NCBI GenBank assembly: GCA_963799495.1
Contig: CAWCXH010000004.1
Location: 67,232-131,231, forward strand
Reading direction: 5' to 3'
DNA from: an uncultured Actinomycetota bacterium
GTDB taxonomy: Bacteria; Actinomycetota; Actinomycetes; Mycobacteriales; Mycobacteriaceae
DNA length: 64,000 nucleotides
Every line of letters begins with the position of its first letter. Positions within the stretch are counted from its first letter, which is position 1. The position numbers and the translations under genes were made by a program. Of this stretch, positions 63,698-64,000 are shown piece by piece. A model generated the notes under the pieces. It was not told where the DNA came from and did no database searches. It worked only from the letters and a program-made list of their open reading frames with translations.

Positions 63698-64000
63698 ATG
63701 GTGGCGCGGGTCTGCGTGGTGGGCAGTGTCAACGCCGATCTCACGTTCACGGTGGATGCTTTTCCCCGGCCCGGCCAGACCGTCCTCGCGTCGTCGCTCT
63801 CCTCGTCGCCCGGCGGCAAGGGTGGCAATCAGGCGGTCGCCGCCGCCCGCGCCGGCGCCTCTGTCGAACTCGTCGCGGCGCTCGGCGACGACCCGGCGGC
63901 CGAGCGGCTGCGGGCGCACCTGCGGGCCAACGACGTTGGACTCGACGGTGTGGTGACCGTTCCCGGGCCCAGCGGCTCGGCGGTCATCATGGTCGACGCC
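63698..64000 (+). CDS. rbsK: Ribokinase, 3' end outside window
   Basis: VVGSVNAD, PGGKGGNQAVAAARAG, ALGDD. Confidence 0.9.
   Translation, partial: MVARVCVVGSVNADLTFTVDAFPRPGQTVLASSLSSSPGGKGGNQAVAAARAGASVELVAALGDDPAAERLRAHLRANDVGLDGVVTVPGPSGSAVIMVDA

Noticed and set aside
1-64000. CRISPR arrays, rRNA, tRNA and known riboswitches
   Set aside because: No regularly spaced repeat-spacer pattern or cloverleaf/rRNA signature seen by eye; an Infernal/tRNAscan run would be needed to exclude small RNAs

Overview
GC-rich actinobacterial chromosome segment, almost certainly Mycobacterium/Mycolicibacterium. By recalled synteny it matches the M. tuberculosis Rv2363-Rv2436 interval: amidase, era, ybeY, phoH, rsmE, dnaJ2, hrcA, hemW, sirA-cysH-che1, cysA/W/T-sbp, GH15, lppR, lepA, the Rv2409c-2411c module, rpsT, holA-comEC-comEA, degV-octT-gpgP-rsfS-nadD, vWA/MoxR, proA and a partial rbsK. 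Highlights: (1) phoH carries a 359-aa Ala1 intein with the class 3 W-C-T signature and an apparently intact LAGLIDADG endonuclease, inserted in the conserved RGR/TL motif. (2) An ~11.7 kb decayed accessory island (about 26.5-38.25 kb) holds two 5'-truncated tyrosine integrases, each preceded by 11-bp-phased GGTACGG repeats, an IS630 element flanked by CTAG, two colinear halves of a DUF222/HNH gene about 5.9 kb apart, and several frameshifted cargo genes. (3) There are two leaderless Cys-rich leader peptides and a coupled 28-aa membrane microprotein in the sulfur locus. (4) lepA has no ATG/GTG/TTG start near its conserved N-terminus. (5) DnaA-box-like motifs lie upstream of comEA. (6) A poly-Gln-tailed ATP-grasp ligase is co-encoded with a transglutaminase. 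No rRNA, tRNA or CRISPR array was found. All family assignments come from motif recognition and recalled synteny; no database search was run.
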